Assembly (NCBI GenBank): GCA_007133995.1
Contig: SLLP01000081.1
Coordinates: 1-47,680 of the forward strand
Direction: 5' to 3'
Source: Balneolales bacterium
GTDB taxonomy: Bacteria > Bacteroidota > Rhodothermia > Balneolales > Natronogracilivirgulaceae
Length of the DNA: 47,680 bases
Position numbers and translations under genes: made by a program. Numbering within the stretch: position 1 is the first letter of the stretch; every line of letters begins with the position of its first letter. Of the stretch, positions 45,645 through 47,680 are shown piece after piece. The notes beneath the pieces are model-generated. The model worked only from the letters and a program-made list of their open reading frames with translations. It had not been told where the DNA came from and ran no database searches.

Positions 45645-45726
45645 GCCAGAGTGGCGGAACTGGTAGACGCGCACGACTCAAACTCGTGTGGCCCCGGCCG
45701 TGTGGGTTCGAGTCCCACCTCTGGTA
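45645..45726 (+). tRNA. tRNA-Leu (anticodon CAA), type II with long variable arm
   Basis: Hand-folded. Acceptor GCCAGAG/CTCTGGT (G1:U72 wobble). D-arm GCG-GAACTGGTAGA-CGC. Anticodon stem CACGA/TCGTG with loop CTCAAAC. 13-nt variable arm. T-arm GTGGG-TTCGAGT-CCCAC. Discriminator A, and no encoded CCA. Confidence 0.9.
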
Positions 45727-45740
45727 CTTTTATCTCTCTT

Positions 45741-45780
45741 AGCCCTGTTGTCCTGACCGGCGACAGGGCTTTATTATTTT
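45741..45780 (+). terminator. Rho-independent terminator after tRNA-Leu
   Basis: AGCCCTGT-N14-ACAGGGCT (8-bp stem), followed by TTATTATTTT. Confidence 0.6.
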
Positions 45781-45944
45781 CAGGTACATATATAGCTTCC
45801 CATGGAATCCAGGTATTAGCTGCCCTGTTCCTCTATCTCCGGGAACATCTCCGACTTCCAGCCATCTGCTTCCCTGTTGAGAAACAAATAGTTTGGTGAG
45901 CTGTTGAGGGCCTCAAAAAAAAGAGGAAATATCTTCTATGACTT

Positions 45945-46523
45945 TCATTTTTCCATATAACCGCGTTTTATGGCGATTTCTTTAATCTTTTCCCTTAAAA
46001 GATTGCGTCCCCTGTGAAGACGTGAGCGGACGGTCCCAATAGGAACATCCAACATATTCGCGATTTCTTCATAAGTAAAACTTTCTACGTCACAAAGAAG
46101 CAGCTGTGTTCTGAAGTCTTCAGGAATCTCATCCAGCGCCTTTTTGAAATCGTCATCGTATCGTTTTCGATAAAATTGAGCCTGTAAATCCGTCGTGTCA
46201 CTTTGTTCGCTTCGGATGGTCTCGTAATAGGTAGCAATTTCATCGTAATCAACCTTCGGGGGTTGACGAGAATTCTTTCTATAGTTATTAATGTAGGAGT
46301 TCTTCACAATACGGTATAACCAGGCTCGTGCATTGGTTCCTTTCCGATAACTGTTGAAAAAACGAAAAGCTTTAACAACACTGTCCTGGAAAAGGTCTTC
46401 GGCATCATTCGGATCCGATGTAAGCCGAAGCGCATAATTGAAAGTGGCATAAAAATGCGGGATGATTTCTTCTTCAAAATCTTCCTGCTTTTTAATTTCT
46501 TGAGCTGTTAATGGAGTTTCCAT
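45945..46523 (-). CDS. ECF-type RNA polymerase sigma-70 family factor
   Basis: 192 aa. Region 2 (DAEDLFQDSVVKAFRFF...ARAWLYRIVKNSYINNYRK) and region 4.2 HTH (SFTYEEIANMLDVPIGTVRSRLHRGRNLLREKI). Confidence 0.88.
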   Translation of the reverse strand: METPLTAQEIKKQEDFEEEIIPHFYATFNYALRLTSDPNDAEDLFQDSVVKAFRFFNSYRKGTNARAWLYRIVKNSYINNYRKNSRQPPKVDYDEIATYYETIRSEQSDTTDLQAQFYRKRYDDDFKKALDEIPEDFRTQLLLCDVESFTYEEIANMLDVPIGTVRSRLHRGRNLLREKIKEIAIKRGYMEK

Positions 46524-46535
46524 ATTTTTTTTGGA

Positions 46536-46958
46536 TTATTTTAACACTTGTGAATATTCCTCAGGGCAATTTTTGACGGTTACGTACTTATTGAGCATAC
46601 GATTCAGTTCTTCCAGTTTCCGGAGTTAGGGTAACATTGCTGCGATCAGCAGTTTGTCAGACCGGGATCCACCTGCGTTGCGATCACGAGAATGCTCATT
46701 ATGCTGCTCCCCATGGAGCACCTCCATCAACTTTTGCAATTCCACCCGCAGCCAGGGCTCCCGTTCTATGGCCACATAGATTTCTCTGTACTGTAACATA
46801 GTGTGGCCGGCCTCTTCAATCAGTTCTTTATGTTCTTGTGCATCCGTTTGGGGATCGAGGTCTCGCCTGCCGACACGGAAATTTATTTTTGCGTTTTTTT
46901 CAAGTTCTTCATCAGAAATATCCGGTAATACATCAGGTGTGTGTTTGTTGTCTTGGGC
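46536..46958 (-). pseudogene. Interrupted ORF of unknown family directly upstream of the ECF sigma gene
   Basis: One minus-strand reading frame is open for 140 sense codons between stops at 46959-46961 and 46536-46538, apart from a single in-frame TAA (46626-46628). There is no ATG/GTG/TTG in its first 53 codons, and the first ATG is at 46799. It ends 12 nt before the sigma start codon. The ORF track shows no ORF of 60 aa or more anywhere in 46524-47055. Confidence 0.35.
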
Positions 46959-47055
46959 TTAAATATTAAATCACTTTAACGGGATAATGCAAGGGGGCAA
47001 AATTGGTATCACAGACATGATGTTTTAGATATCAGAAGTATTTAACCGTTGATAG

Positions 47056-47640
47056 TCATATATTTATAAAGCTCCTGGCGTCCCGATTCATCCTCCATTT
47101 CACGGACATAATGTCACATTTGAGAACTTCATTGGCATGGAATTTTTTCCACGGATTATGGTTTTTTTTGGCACAATAGTGGTTCGGCCGGAAATCGGCA
47201 TCATCGGCGCCGAGTATATGAAGGTCCGTGCGTCCTTTTTGACTCACTATGCCTTTGGTAACCGAATGGGCCAGAGCGGGCCAAGCGGACTGCCGATCAC
47301 CGGCACCTTCTTACCGACGCGAAGCTCCTCGCTGTCGCCCAATGCATATGCGGCAGATTCTCCGCATAGAGCTTTCGATAAAAAAACGAAATTATCATTC
47401 CCTTTTTGTACCAGCTTTTACCACAGGTATACCGTCCGACATTGTTTCAATGAGTAAACCATTGATGTAAACATGAAATGGCTATGTCACACAGGAGCAT
47501 GATTAAATACGGTCATGGCATTACATCTGACGACATAAATCCAGACATTTAAACAGATGAAATAGACTGAAACATTTTTATAATTGTTTTCGGGATGATT
47601 ACATGAACGGTTCAACGAATTCCGTAATTTTTTTCTGTAA
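47056..47640 (-). pseudogene. Decayed HtrA/DegP-family (S1C trypsin-like) serine protease gene
   Basis: Minus-strand fragments sit in different frames and are separated by stops. SGFMSSD (~GSGFI.S.DG). INGLLIETMSDGIPVVKAG (~I.V.L.DG...A..VG). AYALGDSEELRVGKKVPVIGSPLG (47280-47342; ~LGDS..L.VG..V.AIG.PFG). VTKGIVSQKGR (47230-47262; ~TVT.GIVSA.GR), which is 20 nt out of register with the previous block. TIVPKKTIIRGKNSMPMKFSN sits where IQTDAAINRGNSGGPL should be, so the catalytic Ser is lost. The breaks coincide with A8/A6/T7 homopolymer runs, and no PDZ region follows. Confidence 0.5.
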
Positions 47641-47680
47641 TATTCACCTGGAGATGGAAGTATGGACCTGCCGGATTTGC

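Noticed and set aside
45855-45880. A GGGAAGCAG motif on the minus strand, reminiscent of the SRP RNA conserved core.
   Set aside because: The flanking sequence lacks the GGUCCGGAAGG tetraloop context and any long helix 8-type pairing.
45651-45899. An 82-aa + strand ORF.
   Set aside because: It starts inside tRNA-Leu and runs through the tRNA terminator hairpin, so it is an artefact of the open frame.
45913-45948. An ATG overlapping the sigma-factor stop codon (ATGA), which suggests a translationally coupled anti-sigma gene.
   Set aside because: The frame closes after 11 codons (MKVIEDISSFF*). No longer minus-strand ORF exists between the sigma gene and the tRNA.
46850-46868. GGGGATCGAGGTCTCGCC resembles the tRNA-Leu T-arm/acceptor segment (GTGGGTTCGAGTCCCACC), raising the idea of an att-type direct repeat marking an island end.
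   Set aside because: It matches at only ~12-13 of 17 positions and needs an indel. It falls inside the interrupted ORF, and no integrase is present, so it is most likely coincidence.
1-47680. A scan for CRISPR arrays, IS elements or transposases, integrases, prophage genes, restriction-modification or other defence genes, and rRNA.
   Set aside because: I saw no regularly spaced direct repeats, no DDE/tyrosine-recombinase-like ORFs, no terminal inverted repeats and no rRNA-like sequence. This was a by-eye inspection, so short or degenerate elements could be missed.

Overview
This 47.7-kb window looks like core chromosome from a Gram-negative FCB-group bacterium (Bacteroidota / Rhodothermota / Balneolota-like). 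That placement is inferred from a DUF5103 (T9SS-plug family) protein, TamB, an LptC/OstA-like pair, a tiny Lys/Arg-rich bS22-like ORF, and little sign of Shine-Dalgarno sequences upstream of the few start codons I inspected. I call about 36 protein genes, tightly packed on both strands, plus one tRNA-Leu(CAA) and two pseudogenes. Most are housekeeping genes: folD, ptsN, ccmB, holB, dapF, rnr, aroB/aroK, an rqcH-like gene, HU, an alanine/glycine symporter, upp, an EF-G paralogue, ansA, lplA, an M20 and an S9 peptidase, and ftsH. There is a clear cell-envelope theme: the T9SS plug-family protein, a 1081-aa zincin + PD40-propeller + Omp85-barrel fusion, the 1586-aa TamB, LptC with a long OstA-like protein, two tandem beta-barrel/coiled-coil/SPOR proteins, FtsH, and an ECF sigma factor. 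I see no transposase, integrase, CRISPR array, restriction/defence genes or intact toxin-antitoxin pair. I cannot point to a clear-cut new multi-gene system, and most of the window is ordinary. The items most worth follow-up are: (i) the protease-propeller-Omp85 fusion two genes from tamB; (ii) the tandem SPOR outer-membrane paralogues; (iii) a CPA2 antiporter carrying its own EIIA(Ntr)-like domain 1 kb from a stand-alone ptsN; (iv) an unannotated 29-aa highly basic ORF; and (v) the last ~1.15 kb (46.5-47.7 kb). That last stretch lies beyond tRNA-Leu and an ECF sigma gene that has no adjacent anti-sigma partner. It is ORF-poor and contains a multiply frameshifted HtrA-like protease remnant and a stop-interrupted ORF abutting the sigma gene. 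All family assignments come from reading the translations by eye. No searches were run.
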